A stretch of DNA of 64,000 bases from the NCBI RefSeq assembly GCF_020745735.1, contig NC_083409.1, positions 14,192,760-14,256,759 on the forward strand, given 5' to 3'. This document shows, piece after piece, positions 62,479-64,000 of this stretch; the stretch's first letter is position 1, and each line of letters starts with the position of its first letter. Under the pieces are notes generated by a model, which saw only the letters and a program-made list of their open reading frames with translations, did not search any database and was not told where the DNA came from. Both the position numbers and the translations under genes were made by a program. This DNA comes from Hemiscyllium ocellatum. Its lineage: Eukaryota.

Positions 62479-62958
62479 GACATGGATACTGTAGTGAGTG
62501 TGGGGCTCATTTCCTTTCTGTAGTAACTGTGTGATGGTCCAATCCTCATACCAATAAAACTGGAGCTTGACCATGGAAGGGAAAGGTGAGGGGAAAGGAT
62601 TGGAACATGTTGTGAATGGATAGGATGGGTCAATGGGTCAGATCCTGTCCTATCCCTCCAGGTCATACTGATGGCCTGAGGATCTCCTCCCTCTGCTGGG
62701 CTTTCATGGAATGAGGTTTGTGTCCAAACCAGTCCCCAGGAAGAATGGGCCAACAGCACAGAATTGCCCTTCATTTGACAAGAATCTGACCGTCTTCCTG
62801 AGAGAGGCCAAACCCTGGTCAATGTGGGAAATGGGCCTTTATTCCAGGAGTAGACATACTCCTGGTGTCAAGGGTTAACATCCATTAGATTTGGAGGAGA
62901 TATAACCTGTATTTAACTTTTACCACTTGGGACCTTGTTGGAAAGGCAGAGAGTGTGC

Positions 62959-62994
<36 letters not shown>

Positions 62995-63563
62995 ATGTTG
63001 ACGAGAGAGACATAGAAGGGCAGGGTGTGAAAGTGAGAGAGAGCAGGATAAAGAATCTCAGGCAGTGTAAGATGAGTAAAAGCGGGGGGAGAGAGAGAGG
63101 TAGAGAGAGGTAGAGATGGTGGAGTTGAAGAATAGAGATAGAGCGAGATAGAGTATGAGACAGTGTGACTGAGAGAGAGGGGACAGAGAGAGAGACAGAC
63201 AGACAGAGTAGGTGTGAGACAAAGAGTAGAGGCAATCCAGTGAAAGAGAGAGACAGACGTGCAGAGATGTTCTGGTCACCATATTATGAGAAAGATATGA
63301 CTGTACTCGAGATGGTGCAAAGATTTCCCAGGATGCTGCCTGGCCTGGAGGGTGTGAGCTATGAGGAAGGATTGGAAAGTTTGGGATTGTTTCTCTTGGA
63401 GCAGTGAAGGTTGAGAGGGAACCTGCTGAAGGGCAAAAAGATTATGAGAGGCAGGGATAGAGTGGACAGGAAGGCAACTTTTTCCATGAATAGAGGGATC
63501 AATATCCAGGGACAGAGATTGGAGATTACACAGACATACAAAGATAGAAATAGAGAGCAGGAG

Positions 63564-63604
63564 TAGGGTTAGGTTTAGGGTTAGGGTTAGGGTTAGGGTT
63601 AGGG
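63564..63604. repeat. Mirror copy of interstitial telomeric array (TTAGGG)n
   Basis: tagggttaggtttagggttagggttagggttagggttaggg. Confidence 0.9.
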
Positions 63605-64000
63605 ATTGGCCCTGTGAGTCTGTTCTGCCATTCAATATGACCATGGCTGATCCTCTCCCTCAATGCCAAGCTGGGATTGATGTTGCTAGATCATTGATGA
63701 TCAGTAGAGACTTGTTAAATGCTGTTCATGTCATTGAACTTTTGATTGAGAGAGACACAGAAGACACACACAGACAGAGAGAGAGAGCAAGTGGACATTG
63801 TGAGATTGAGTGAGAGAGGGCGAGGCATTTAATTGCTGCCCCAGGACTCACTGTTCCAATGTCCTGGAATAATGCCTGCTAGAGAGTGACTGGAGGGAGG
63901 GAAACAGACAAAGAGAGAGTGAGGCAATTAGAGATTGAGGGTATAAGGAGAGAATGAGTGAGGAATTAGGTAGTAATATAAGTGAAGGAGAAGAATGAAT

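Larger units (their letters stand above)
46690..64000 (-). repeat. Right arm of giant inverted repeat (mirror of 27007-44273; runs off the window)
   Basis: Begins exactly at the gap edge; carries mirrored copies of the left-arm elements. Confidence 0.97.

Overview
Eukaryotic, repeat-rich DNA from a shark. The closeness to nurse-shark NS4 light chains (recalled, not searched) and the HE1-type SINEs suggest a carpet/bamboo-shark relative; this is inference. The window holds one complete, unrearranged immunoglobulin kappa-type (elasmobranch type III / NS4-like) light-chain cluster on the minus strand: promoter (TATA, variant octamer), leader exon 26541-26589, V exon 26050-26354 with a perfect 12-RSS, J 25516-25550 with a perfect 23-RSS, an 11.8-kb retroelement-filled intron, and C exon 13345-13673. 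A 5'-truncated, oppositely oriented second C-exon/3'UTR remnant lies at about 568-870, and a consensus CTCF motif lies 3' of the gene at 4778. The right 37 kb is a giant inverted repeat: 27007-44273 mirrors 46690-64000 at roughly 99% identity by eye, around a 2.4-kb spacer ending in a 200-N gap. If real, it predicts a head-to-head twin cluster starting about 0.4 kb past the window end. A mis-scaffolded second haplotype is an equally live explanation. The rest is CR1/L2 LINEs, HE1 and other SINEs, Penelope and Gypsy relics, minisatellites, a 134-bp fold-back hairpin and a short interstitial telomeric array. Repeat boundaries are approximate; no alignments or database searches were run.
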